Assembly: GCF_025345565.1 (NCBI RefSeq)
Contig: NZ_CP054475.1
Span: forward strand, 3,233,129-3,265,128
DNA: 32,000 nucleotides
Origin: Thalassolituus hydrocarboniclasticus
GTDB taxonomy: Bacteria; Pseudomonadota; Gammaproteobacteria; Pseudomonadales; Oceanobacteraceae
Reading direction: 5' to 3'
In this document: positions 1 through 8,105 of the stretch, in pieces
How positions within the stretch are numbered: the stretch's first letter is position 1
How the letters are laid out: the number at the start of each line of letters is the position of its first letter
Position numbers and translations under genes: made by a program
Notes under the pieces: generated by a model
Seen by the model: only the letters and a program-made list of their open reading frames with translations
What the model was told of the DNA's origin: nothing
Databases searched by the model: none

Positions 1-76
1 CACTACTGATATTACAGCCGGCGAGGCCTGCGGTCGTGGCTGCGATGGCCAGACTGAGAAGGGTCTTCTTCACCAT
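1..76 (-). CDS. Lipoprotein, N-terminal fragment; the gene runs off the left edge
   Basis: The reverse complement of 1-76 reads ATG GTG AAG AAG ACC CTT CTC AGT CTG GCC ATC GCA GCC ACG ACC GCA GGC CTC GCC GGC TGT, giving MVKKTLLSLAIAATTAGLAGCNISS. That is a signal peptide with a canonical lipobox, LAGC. It is absent from the ORF track because the window edge truncates it. Confidence 0.5.
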   Translation of the reverse strand, partial: MVKKTLLSLAIAATTAGLAGCNISS

Positions 77-465
77 ATTGCTACCTGTCTGTTTTTTTAT
101 GGTTATTGGTGCACTTTCAGGGTTTGAGTGTATCCATACCCCCAAAGAGATGCCCATGACTATAATCTGGCCGCCTTGCACCCTCATCACTCAAAAGTAT
201 GATTCCTTACTAATCCCTTCCTCATTTTGTATCAGTACGTAACACCACCTTGGTCGCATACGCACAACTGCCGCAACTCTGTCGTGATCAACACCCCGGC
301 ATCCTGCACAAGATCCATGCATAACCGCTGATCAGGCAAACAGCACAGAAATCATGCCAGGCAAATAGTGACCAGCACTTATCCAGAGGCGTCTTAATTG
401 TTAAAAAGCGCCCCGTTCCACTAGAATGGCGGCCGATTTCAAGATATCTGACTCAGGAGCAGCAC

Positions 466-1653
466 ATGTCAAATCAAGATTCCGTGGTTATCGTAGCCGG
501 CGCCCGCACCCCAATGGGCGGTTTTCAGGGCAGTCTGGCCAGTGTCAGCGCAACCGATCTGGGCGCCCTGGCGATTGCTGAAGCAGTTAAACGCGCTGGC
601 ATTGATGCCGCCGACGTGCAGGAAGTTATCATGGGTAACGTGCTGCCAGCAGGTCTGAAGCAGGGTCCGGCCCGTCAGGCAATGCGTAAGGCTGGTCTGG
701 CTGATGCCACTGGCGCGACCACCATCAACAAACTCTGTGGTTCTGGTATGAAAGCCACCATGATGGCGCACGATGCCATCAAGGCTGGTTCCGTTGAGAT
801 CGCCGTTGCCGGTGGTATGGAATCCATGTCGAACGCGCCTTACGTACTGGAAGGCGTGCGTACCGGCTTCCGTATGGGTGCAGGCAACGCACCGCAGGAT
901 CACATGTTCCTGGACGGCCTGCAGGATGCTGAAACCGGCAAACTGATGGGCGCTTTCGCACAGGAAATGGCTTCCAAAAAAGGCTATACCCGCGAGCAGA
1001 TGGATGCTTACGCCATTATGTCTCTGACCCGCGCCAAAGACGCGATTGAAAAAGGCCTGAACAGCGCCGAAATCGTGCCGGTTACTGTTACCAGCCGTAA
1101 AGGTGAAACCGTTGTTGAGCAGGATGAACAGCCATTCAATGCCAACATCGAGAAAATCCCGACTCTGCGTCCGGCCTTCGCCAAAGACGGTACCATCACC
1201 GCCGCTAATGCTTCTTCTATTTCAGACGGTGCCTCTGCTCTGGTGCTGATGAGCGAATCTGCAGCCGCAGCCAAAGGCGTAACGCCGCTGGCACGCATCG
1301 TTGCCCACAGCACCCAGTCTCAGCATCCGTCTGAGTTCACCGTTGCACCAGTTGGCGCAATTGAGAAAGTACTGGCCAAAGCCGGCTGGAGCAAAGACGA
1401 CGTGGATCTGTTTGAGATCAACGAAGCCTTCGCCATGGTTGCCATGATGCCTATCGATGAACTGAAGCTGGATATCAATAAAGTGAACATCTACGGCGGC
1501 GCCTGTGCTCAGGGCCACCCGGTTGGCTCTACCGGTTCACGTCTGATCGTTACTCTGATGAACGCACTGAAAAACACCGGTGGTAAGAAAGGTGTTGCCG
1601 CACTGTGTATCGGTGGCGGTGAAGCGACAGCGGTTGCTATCGAACTGGTGTAA
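466..1653 (+). CDS. Acetyl-CoA C-acetyltransferase (thiolase II, AtoB/PhaA type)
   Basis: 395 aa with full-length thiolase architecture. The N-terminus is VVIVAGARTPMGGFQGSL, the active-site Cys context is NKLCGSGMKA, and the C-terminal motifs are NIYGGACAQGHPVGSTG and AALCIGGGEATAVAIE. A strong hairpin terminator follows. Confidence 0.95.
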   Translation: MSNQDSVVIVAGARTPMGGFQGSLASVSATDLGALAIAEAVKRAGIDAADVQEVIMGNVLPAGLKQGPARQAMRKAGLADATGATTINKLCGSGMKATMMAHDAIKAGSVEIAVAGGMESMSNAPYVLEGVRTGFRMGAGNAPQDHMFLDGLQDAETGKLMGAFAQEMASKKGYTREQMDAYAIMSLTRAKDAIEKGLNSAEIVPVTVTSRKGETVVEQDEQPFNANIEKIPTLRPAFAKDGTITAANASSISDGASALVLMSESAAAAKGVTPLARIVAHSTQSQHPSEFTVAPVGAIEKVLAKAGWSKDDVDLFEINEAFAMVAMMPIDELKLDINKVNIYGGACAQGHPVGSTGSRLIVTLMNALKNTGGKKGVAALCIGGGEATAVAIELV

Positions 1654-1693
1654 TCACCATAGCGTTATGGCTTGCGCCTGACGCAATAAAAAA

Positions 1694-1725
1694 GGGAGAT
1701 ACCGCGAGGTATCTCCCTTTTTTTT
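1694..1725 (+). terminator. Rho-independent terminator of the thiolase gene
   Basis: A 10-bp perfect stem gggagatacc / ggtatctccc with loop gcga is followed by a run of 8 T. An A-run precedes it, so it could also act on the opposite strand. Confidence 0.85.
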
Positions 1726-1741
1726 GAGCCGAACGTCGAGA

Positions 1742-1827
1742 GGATGTCGATGTCGGATGTCGGATGTCGGATGTCGGATGTCGGATGTCGGATGTCGGAT
1801 GTCGGATGTCGGATGTCGGATGTCGGA
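1742..1827. repeat. Heptanucleotide tandem repeat (GGATGTC), about 12 units
   Basis: Direct reading shows ggatgtc, then gatgtc (one G missing), then ten perfect ggatgtc units, then a partial gga. It is intergenic between convergent genes. The unit length is not a multiple of 3. Confidence 0.95.
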
Positions 1828-1976
1828 AGACTGAAGCGTTGGCAAGGCAGCCAGCACAAGGCGAAAATCTTTGAGAAAGCGGAGTTTACTGAAGTAATTG
1901 AGCATTTCGAACAGGCTTCCATTGCTCTTAACGGAGTATCAATAACTGAGCGTTATCGAGGCCGGCAGAGCGCGGC

Positions 1977-2037
1977 AAAAACAGGCCAAAGAAACGGAGC
2001 TTACAAATGCTAAGTGAGTATTCTTTGGCCTGTTTTT
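1977..2037. terminator. 17-bp perfect inverted repeat; possible bidirectional terminator downstream of purU
   Basis: aaaaacaggccaaagaa (1977-1993) is the exact reverse complement of ttctttggcctgttttt (2021-2037). The loop is 27 nt, which is long for a terminator. A- and T-runs form the outer ends of the arms. The purU stop is at 2064. Confidence 0.45.
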
Positions 2038-2063
2038 AACAAAGCTATGCCAACGCAGATAGC

Positions 2064-2915
2064 TCAGAAGACGATGGTCTTGTTACCATGCAGCAACACC
2101 CGGTCTTCCAGATGGCTGCGCACACCGCGCGCCAGCACCATCTTCTCTACATCCTTACCCAGACGCACCATATCTTCCACGGTATCGTTATGGCTGATGC
2201 GGATCACGTCCTGATCAATAATCGGGCCGGCATCCAGCTCTGAGGTTACATAGTGACAGGTCGCACCAATCAGCTTCACGCCCCGCTCTGCTGCCTGATG
2301 GTAAGGCTTGGCACCAACGAAAGATGGCAGGAAGCTGTGGTGAATATTGATTACCTGGCCGTGGTAACGCTCACAGAGTTCCGGCGGAATAATCTGCATA
2401 TAGCGCGCAAGCACAATGGTATCGGCCTTATGCTCTTCGACGATGGCGTTAACCCGGGCAAAGTGCTCAGCCTTGTTTGCCGGATCAACCGGCACATGGA
2501 AGAACGGGATACCGTGCCACTCAACCAGCGAACGCAGAGTATCGTGGTTGGAAATAACGCAGGGGATATCGCAGATCAGCTCTTTGCTGTGCCAGCGGTG
2601 CAGCAGATCCACCAGACAGTGGCTTTCTTTACTCGCCATCAGGATCACTTTCTTCGGCGCACCGGAGTCGTTTACCTGCCAGTCCATATCGAACTCTTCG
2701 GCAATCGGTGCAAACTCTGCTTTCAGTGTTGCCAGATCAAAGGGCAGCGAATCGGCACGGATACAGTGACGCATAAAAAAGCGCCCGGTAACCGGGTCAG
2801 AATAATGGTTTGCCTCAACAATCCAGCCACCGTGTCCGGAAAAGAACTGGCCTACTTTAGCCACAATGCCCACCCGGTCCGGGCAGGAAATCGTTAATCG
2901 GTATACTCGTTCCAT
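2064..2915 (-). CDS. purU: Formyltetrahydrofolate deformylase
   Basis: 283 aa. An N-terminal ACT-like segment (LTISCPDRVGIVAKVGQFF) is followed by a formyltransferase core (ILMASKESHCLVDLL, DTIVLARYMQI, INIHHSFLPSFVGAKPYHQA, GATCHYVTSELDAGPII). Length and order match PurU. Confidence 0.93.
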   Translation of the reverse strand: MERVYRLTISCPDRVGIVAKVGQFFSGHGGWIVEANHYSDPVTGRFFMRHCIRADSLPFDLATLKAEFAPIAEEFDMDWQVNDSGAPKKVILMASKESHCLVDLLHRWHSKELICDIPCVISNHDTLRSLVEWHGIPFFHVPVDPANKAEHFARVNAIVEEHKADTIVLARYMQIIPPELCERYHGQVINIHHSFLPSFVGAKPYHQAAERGVKLIGATCHYVTSELDAGPIIDQDVIRISHNDTVEDMVRLGKDVEKMVLARGVRSHLEDRVLLHGNKTIVF

Positions 2916-3035
2916 AGAAATCCACTACTGGCTCATACAGCTGCCACTCTGGCCCGAAAGGCTATTGCACCTGCGCGGGGGAAGTGATCAACTGAAGCCA
3001 ACTAAAAAACAATAATAAGTATCGGAGAGACGCCT

Positions 3036-3812
3036 ATGTTACTCCTTAGATCCCTGATTCTCACCCTGTTTGTCGGCTTTTCAGCACAGGCCAGCAGTAA
3101 TTCTCTGGAACAGAATGTTTTCGATCTCAGTGTCGGCGTCAAAACCCTGCTGCTGCGCTATTACCACCTGCAGGCTGATGAAGGTAATCAACAGCTGCTG
3201 AACGAGCTGAACCGTCACCTGCTGCTGGTTAACGAGCAGCAACTAAGCGTCAGTAATGAGCTGCAGAATATTCAGCTGAACAACGGCAGTAACCCCCAGC
3301 AAAATATCGACAGCCACTGGCAGAAATTCCGGACCCTGATGCAGCAGAATATTCATGAAATTGAAGTGAATGACTTCCCGGAGCTGCAGGTCGTGGCCAT
3401 GATGCGTGATGCTTCCAATGCCATGATCAGTGAACTGGAAAAAATCGGCGATGCCCTGCGCCAGAGCGGCGAGTTCTCAGTATCTGCGATTGAAGGCTGG
3501 ACCCGCAGCCAGAAACGGCTGCTGCTGGGAATTACTGAACGTTATCTGGAGCGTGCAGCCTCTTCAATGGGTGCCCCACTCAGCAACAATCAGGATATCG
3601 ACCAGCTCTGCCAGCAATTTGCCCGTGGTCTTGACAGCATTGACAGTAAAACTCTTGGCACAAAGGGGCAGGCTGCGCTACGCCGCATCCGCAGCCAGTG
3701 GTTGTTTGTCGAAAAATCCGCCACCGACACCGAAGCCAAGCTGGTACCCTTTCTGGTCATGCGTTACACCCATAACATGCTCGATCAGCTGAGCAGCATT
3801 GCTGCCAGCTGA
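3036..3812 (+). CDS. Secreted/periplasmic helical protein of unknown function
   Basis: 258 aa with signal peptide MLLLRSLILTLFVGFSAQA. The rest is Gln/Leu-rich and predicted helical. An RBS ggagag lies upstream. It is faintly reminiscent of PilJ/NarX-type four-helix sensor modules, but I cannot support that assignment. Confidence 0.55.
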   Translation: MLLLRSLILTLFVGFSAQASSNSLEQNVFDLSVGVKTLLLRYYHLQADEGNQQLLNELNRHLLLVNEQQLSVSNELQNIQLNNGSNPQQNIDSHWQKFRTLMQQNIHEIEVNDFPELQVVAMMRDASNAMISELEKIGDALRQSGEFSVSAIEGWTRSQKRLLLGITERYLERAASSMGAPLSNNQDIDQLCQQFARGLDSIDSKTLGTKGQAALRRIRSQWLFVEKSATDTEAKLVPFLVMRYTHNMLDQLSSIAAS

Positions 3813-3822
3813 TCAGATTGCA

Positions 3823-4494
3823 TTATTTTTCCAGAAGCTGGCGCGGATCGGTTGCCGGATCAGAGTTACTCTCTGCCGCTGAACGAATACTCTGACTCAG
3901 AATCCGGTCGGCGTCGACCGGCCCCAGACATTCACAAACACCAATATAAATAAAATTCAGCAGACGTTTTAAGTCAGTCAGGCCCACTGCGCTGAGATTC
4001 AGCGGATGCCGTTCATCCCCCCACAAATTAAAGGCATAAGCCAGATCCTGCGAAATGCTATGCCGCAGAGACTGTTCCATCGCATAACGCTTAACAACCC
4101 GCGCAGTATCCGAACGCAGTTGCCCGAACAAGGTTGTCAGTACGACATCGTAGACTTGCGTCCAGTCCTGCTGCTGAAACAATTCCATTCTATCCAGACT
4201 GTTACTCTGCGCCTGATCTGACTGAAATTTCAGCATGTCTTCCATAGGATCAGGCTGTAGCTGGGCACTACCATCCATCAGAACCCCGATCAGCTGCCGG
4301 TATAAGTTTGCCCGGTTTTCAGCCACCTCAGGTATATCGCGGCAGTCGGATAAAAATCCGTTTAATTCAAACTGAGACTTTTGGGCATAATTATTTTGCC
4401 AGCGCCACATTGCCCGCCATAAACCATCGCCTTCCAGAGTGGCATTAAGCACAGTAAATACAGCCCGTCTTTTCTGTTCAATCGTCATAGTCAT
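3823..4494 (-). CDS. Hypothetical cytoplasmic protein co-transcribed with amt
   Basis: 223 aa with no signal peptide or TM segment. It starts 10 nt after the amt stop on the same strand. I recognised no family. Confidence 0.55.
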   Translation of the reverse strand: MTMTIEQKRRAVFTVLNATLEGDGLWRAMWRWQNNYAQKSQFELNGFLSDCRDIPEVAENRANLYRQLIGVLMDGSAQLQPDPMEDMLKFQSDQAQSNSLDRMELFQQQDWTQVYDVVLTTLFGQLRSDTARVVKRYAMEQSLRHSISQDLAYAFNLWGDERHPLNLSAVGLTDLKRLLNFIYIGVCECLGPVDADRILSQSIRSAAESNSDPATDPRQLLEK

Positions 4495-4504
4495 GCGCAG
4501 CTAC

Positions 4505-5806
4505 TCATAATTCACGATGATAAGTAACGTTCTGATGAAACTCCGGATAACCCACTTCATCATGCTCGGTAAAATCAAGCCCCTGTTGTTCATGCTGAGT
4601 ACTGGCGCGCAACCCGATCACACGATCAATCAGGAAAAACAGAATAAGCGATAGTGGAAACGCCCAGAAAAAGGCCGAGAAAATACCAACCAGCTGAACG
4701 GCAATCTGCGATAAATCAAACATATTATCTTTCAGGAAAAGTCCGGCAGCCAGGGTTCCCCAGGCACCGGCAAAACCATGAACCGGTATGGCCCCGACCA
4801 CATCATCCAGTCCCCGCCGTTCAAGCCAGCCAGCACCATAGACAGAGATTGCTCCGGCAATAAGACCAGTAAGTGCAGCAAACTCAGGTGTCATTGATGC
4901 ACAGCCTGCCGTAATACCAACCAGGCCGGCAATGCTGCCATTAATTGTTGAAGTTAACAGCACCGGACGTCTGGTTATACGACTGAACAGCAAGGCTCCC
5001 GTTGCACCAGCCGCTGCAGCTAACTGAGTATTAAGTACAATCAGGCCGATTTCCGGACTGGCTGCCAGCGTACTGCCACCATTAAAGCCGAACCAACCCA
5101 GCCACAGAATAAAACCACCCAAAGCAACCAGCGAAAGATTATGGCCCGGAATACTCCGCGCAGCACCGGTGGTGCGATCAAAACGTCCGGTACGTGCTCC
5201 CAGCACGATAATGCCTGCCAATGCGCACCAGGCCCCCACGGAATGAACAACGGTCGATCCGGCAAAATCAATAAAACCCAGCTCAGCCAGCCAGCCTGAA
5301 CCACCGTACATGCCACCCCATACCCAGCTGCCAAATACCGGATAAATAAATGCAGTAATTACACAGGTTGCGATCAGATAGGCATCGTATTTTGTCCGCT
5401 CTGCCATAGCCCCGCTACAGATAGTAACTGCAGTTGCGGCAAACATAATCTGGAATAACAGCACGGTATAATCCCAGGATTGGCTTTCTGATGATGTATT
5501 AAAAAGTGCAAAATGACTGGCACCAAAAAAACCGGTAAAGTTCTCGCCAAACATCAACCCATAGCCAACCAGCCAGAAAATAAGACTTCCAAGGCAAACA
5601 TCCATGTAGTTTTTCATCATCACATTGACGGCATTTTTAGCCCGTGACATTCCACTTTCAAGCAGCGCAAAACCTGCCTGCATAAAAAAAACCAGAGCTG
5701 CCGCCATTACGACCCACAGGGTATCAATACTGCCTTGCGCTGCGGTCTCTCCTGCCAAAGCAGGAATACTGAGACTGCTTAAAACGACCCACATCATCCA
5801 CTTCAT
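4505..5806 (-). CDS. amtB: Ammonium transporter (Amt family)
   Basis: 433 aa, polytopic. Amt signatures include VVMAAALVFFMQAGFALLESG, DFAGSTVVHSVGAWCALAG and IPVHGFAGAWGTLAAGLF. An N-terminal signal-like segment is typical of AmtB. Confidence 0.93.
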   Translation of the reverse strand: MKWMMWVVLSSLSIPALAGETAAQGSIDTLWVVMAAALVFFMQAGFALLESGMSRAKNAVNVMMKNYMDVCLGSLIFWLVGYGLMFGENFTGFFGASHFALFNTSSESQSWDYTVLLFQIMFAATAVTICSGAMAERTKYDAYLIATCVITAFIYPVFGSWVWGGMYGGSGWLAELGFIDFAGSTVVHSVGAWCALAGIIVLGARTGRFDRTTGAARSIPGHNLSLVALGGFILWLGWFGFNGGSTLAASPEIGLIVLNTQLAAAAGATGALLFSRITRRPVLLTSTINGSIAGLVGITAGCASMTPEFAALTGLIAGAISVYGAGWLERRGLDDVVGAIPVHGFAGAWGTLAAGLFLKDNMFDLSQIAVQLVGIFSAFFWAFPLSLILFFLIDRVIGLRASTQHEQQGLDFTEHDEVGYPEFHQNVTYHREL

Positions 5807-5879
5807 AACATTACCGCCTGCTGCTCAGGTTCAGCGTATCCGCAATCAGCGTTACGCGTTATTTCCACATACACTGATC

Positions 5880-5896
5880 AGCAAAGCCTGTGCCAA
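5880..5896 (-). promoter_or_regulatory. Sigma-54 (RpoN) promoter for amt
   Basis: The minus strand reads TTGGCACAGGCTTTGCT, which is TGGCAC-N5-TTGC, an exact fit to the -24/-12 consensus spacing. It lies about 75 nt upstream of the amt ATG. Confidence 0.75.
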
Positions 5897-5954
5897 TCAC
5901 TGTGCGGTAAAAGGTGCAGAAAACAGGGCGGCAGCCTGCTTAAGCCTTCTGGCC

Positions 5955-5971
5955 GGCACCATGAAAGTGCA
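5955..5971. promoter_or_regulatory. Candidate NtrC-type enhancer site upstream of the amt sigma-54 promoter
   Basis: gGCACC-ATGAA-aGTGCA matches TGCACC-N5-GGTGCA in 5 of 6 positions in each half-site. It lies about 60-75 bp upstream of the -24 element. Additional half-sites are GGTGCA at 5913-5918 and GCACCA at 5987-5992. Confidence 0.45.
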
Positions 5972-6063
5972 ACAGAAAATGAATACGCACCAGCTGCAGG
6001 CTGACAGAACAACAGACGCACTGCTATATTGCAGATAGGTATCAGGGATCACGGTCAAAAGTA

Positions 6064-6678
6064 ATGTCATTAATCGTATTCGATATGGGCATCCGGGTTG
6101 AAACCCCTTTGCGGCCGGATAAAAACCGGATAAAAGCAACTGCCGCTTCATCGGCAGTGCAAAAGATTAAGCCGGGGGATGCTCAGTCTCCTGCCGAGCG
6201 CCAGGCTCAGCTGGTTCTGGAGCATTACGCTCATCCGCAAAAAACACCGGAATCCATCGCCTTTGCAGCCGACATTATGAATACACCGGTGGCAACCCTC
6301 ACGCCCGATAAGAATGTTCAGGATGCCTGGAACAAACTTGCAGACACTGGTTACCATCACCTGCCAGTCGTAGACAAAGACAATAAAGTGCAGGCCATTG
6401 TTTCTGACCGCGACCTGATGCTTGCCCTGATGCAACAGAATACTCACTCAACCAGTCTCGGCGACATCTGGGAAAATAATATTCTGGACTATGCCATTCA
6501 TCCGGTTATCTGTGTGATGAAAAACACGGATATCCGCCAGACAAGTAACATTCTTTTTGAATATAACATCGGCGCACTGCCCGTTATCGATGATAATCAA
6601 ATCCTTTGCGGCATTATTACCCGCACCGATATTCTGAAATTACTCCGCCATTACGGCCCAATGGAACTCTGGGCGTAG
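6064..6678 (+). CDS. CBS-domain pair protein
   Basis: 204 aa with two CBS-like modules (IMNTPVATLTPDKNVQDAWNKLADTGYHHLPVVDKDNKVQAIVSDRDL and VMKNTDIRQTSNILFEYNIGALPVIDDNQILCGIITRTDIL). The start codon is uncertain because there is no clear RBS at 6064. Confidence 0.75.
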   Translation: MSLIVFDMGIRVETPLRPDKNRIKATAASSAVQKIKPGDAQSPAERQAQLVLEHYAHPQKTPESIAFAADIMNTPVATLTPDKNVQDAWNKLADTGYHHLPVVDKDNKVQAIVSDRDLMLALMQQNTHSTSLGDIWENNILDYAIHPVICVMKNTDIRQTSNILFEYNIGALPVIDDNQILCGIITRTDILKLLRHYGPMELWA

Positions 6679-6704
6679 ATATCAGGCGGAGGTAAGGAGA
6701 CAGC

Positions 6705-8066
6705 ATGACAAAACACTATGAACTGATTCACCCTAAAACCCATCTGCGCGTTTTATCACGCTACGAAATACAGCAATTACGGGAAGTCGGAAGCGAAATT
6801 CATGAACTGGTACGGCGCTGCTGCTATGCCGTACTCAGCGCGGGCAGTCAGTCAGACAACTATCTGGAACTTAAAGAAGAATTCCGAAACTTTAACATCC
6901 AGGTCCAGCAGGAAGACCGCGGCATTGTTCTCAGCCTGAAAAACCCGCCACAGAGTGCCTTTGTTGATGGCGAAATTATCCGCGGCGTGCGCGAACAACT
7001 ATTCTCCGTTCTGCGCGATGTACTCTATGCGCAGGAATCGATTCTTAAAGCACACCGCTTTGATCTGAATAACGGTGAAGACATTACCAATGCCGTTTTC
7101 CACCTGCTGCGTAATGCCAATGTGCTTAAACCGGACCGACTACCGAATCTGGCCATCTGCTGGGGAGGACACTCCATCCCGCGCAATGAATATCAGTACA
7201 CAAAAGATGTAGGCTACCAGCTGGGATTGCGTGGTCTCGATGTCGGTACCGGTTGCGGTCCGGGCGCAATGAAGGGGCCAATGAAGGGTTGTGCGATCGG
7301 TCATGCCAAGCAGCACAACCGTGATGGTCGCTATATCGGCATTACTGAACCGGGCATTATTGCGACCGAAGCCCCGAACCCGATCGTCAATGAACTGGTA
7401 ATTCTGCCGGACATTGAAAAACGCCTTGAAGCCTTTATCCGTCTTGCCCATGGCATTGTAATATTTCCCGGCGGCCCCGGAACCGCAGAGGAAATCCTGT
7501 ACTTACTGGGGGTATTATCACATCCGGATAATCAGCAGATTCCGTTTCCGATTGTCATTACCGGCCCCAAAGAAACAGAAGATTATCTGCGTGCCATTGA
7601 CCGCTTTATTGGTACGGCACTTGGTGCTCAGGCGCAGCAGCGTTATCAGATTATTATTCAGGATGCAGAAGCGGTAGCGCGGGCAATGAAGGCGGGTATT
7701 GCAGAGGTTGAACAATATCGTCAATCCAGTAACGATGCTTATTTTTTCAACTGGGCTCTGACCATTGCTGAAGATTTTCAGCTGCCGTTTGATCCGACCC
7801 ATGAAGCCATGAGCAACCTGTGTCTGAGCAAATCACTGCCCGGCCATGAACTGGCTGCTAATCTGCGCCGGGCATTTTCCGGTATTGTCGCCGGTAACGT
7901 GAAAGAAGTGGGCATAACCCGTGTACAGGAGCATGGGCCGTATCAGATACAGGGAGATAAAAGCATTTTGGAAGGGATGGATGTGCTGTTAACCGCGATG
8001 GTAAAACATGGACGGATGAAAATCAGCGGCGAATATACCCCGTGCTACGAAATCGTGGCCCGCTGA
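6705..8066 (+). CDS. ppnN: Pyrimidine/purine nucleotide 5'-monophosphate nucleosidase (LOG-family, YgdH/PpnN type)
   Basis: 453 aa, collinear by eye with E. coli PpnN (about 454 aa). Shared blocks include ICWGGHSI, GTGCGPGAMKGPMKG, ITEPGIIATEAPNPIVNELVILPDIEKRLEAFIRLAHGIVIFPGGPGTAEE, RRAFSGIVAGNVKE and a PCYEI C-terminus. A good RBS aggaga is present. Confidence 0.9.
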   Translation: MTKHYELIHPKTHLRVLSRYEIQQLREVGSEIHELVRRCCYAVLSAGSQSDNYLELKEEFRNFNIQVQQEDRGIVLSLKNPPQSAFVDGEIIRGVREQLFSVLRDVLYAQESILKAHRFDLNNGEDITNAVFHLLRNANVLKPDRLPNLAICWGGHSIPRNEYQYTKDVGYQLGLRGLDVGTGCGPGAMKGPMKGCAIGHAKQHNRDGRYIGITEPGIIATEAPNPIVNELVILPDIEKRLEAFIRLAHGIVIFPGGPGTAEEILYLLGVLSHPDNQQIPFPIVITGPKETEDYLRAIDRFIGTALGAQAQQRYQIIIQDAEAVARAMKAGIAEVEQYRQSSNDAYFFNWALTIAEDFQLPFDPTHEAMSNLCLSKSLPGHELAANLRRAFSGIVAGNVKEVGITRVQEHGPYQIQGDKSILEGMDVLLTAMVKHGRMKISGEYTPCYEIVAR

Positions 8067-8069
8067 AAG

Positions 8070-8101
8070 AAAAAAGCGGCTGATGATCAGCCGCTTCTTT
8101 T
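8070..8101. terminator. Bidirectional hairpin terminator between convergent ppnN and the haem-motif lipoprotein gene
   Basis: The stem is gcggctga / tcagccgc, flanked by an A-run on the left and cttctttt on the right. Confidence 0.6.
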
Positions 8102-8105
8102 ATTA

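Noticed and set aside
36-242. 68-aa plus-strand ORF at the left edge
   Set aside because: It has a GTG start that overlaps, in antisense, the N-terminus of a convincing lipoprotein gene. It has no RBS and no recognisable features.
1742-1827. Repeat array as a CRISPR
   Set aside because: The units are 7 bp with no spacers, and no cas genes are present.
1654-2013. ORFs on both strands translating the heptamer array into SDIRHPT or MSDVGCR peptide repeats
   Set aside because: These are artefacts of translating a 7-bp tandem repeat. They have no RBS, they start inside or right after a terminator hairpin, and the same DNA is open in several frames.
2253-2897. 214-aa and 117-aa plus-strand ORFs
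   Set aside because: They are antisense to purU, which is confidently identified.
5951-5972. Plus-strand sigma-54-like GGCACC...GTGCA as a promoter for the CBS gene
   Set aside because: The GG-to-GC spacing is 14 nt rather than 12. The element fits better as an NtrC-type palindrome serving the minus-strand amt promoter.
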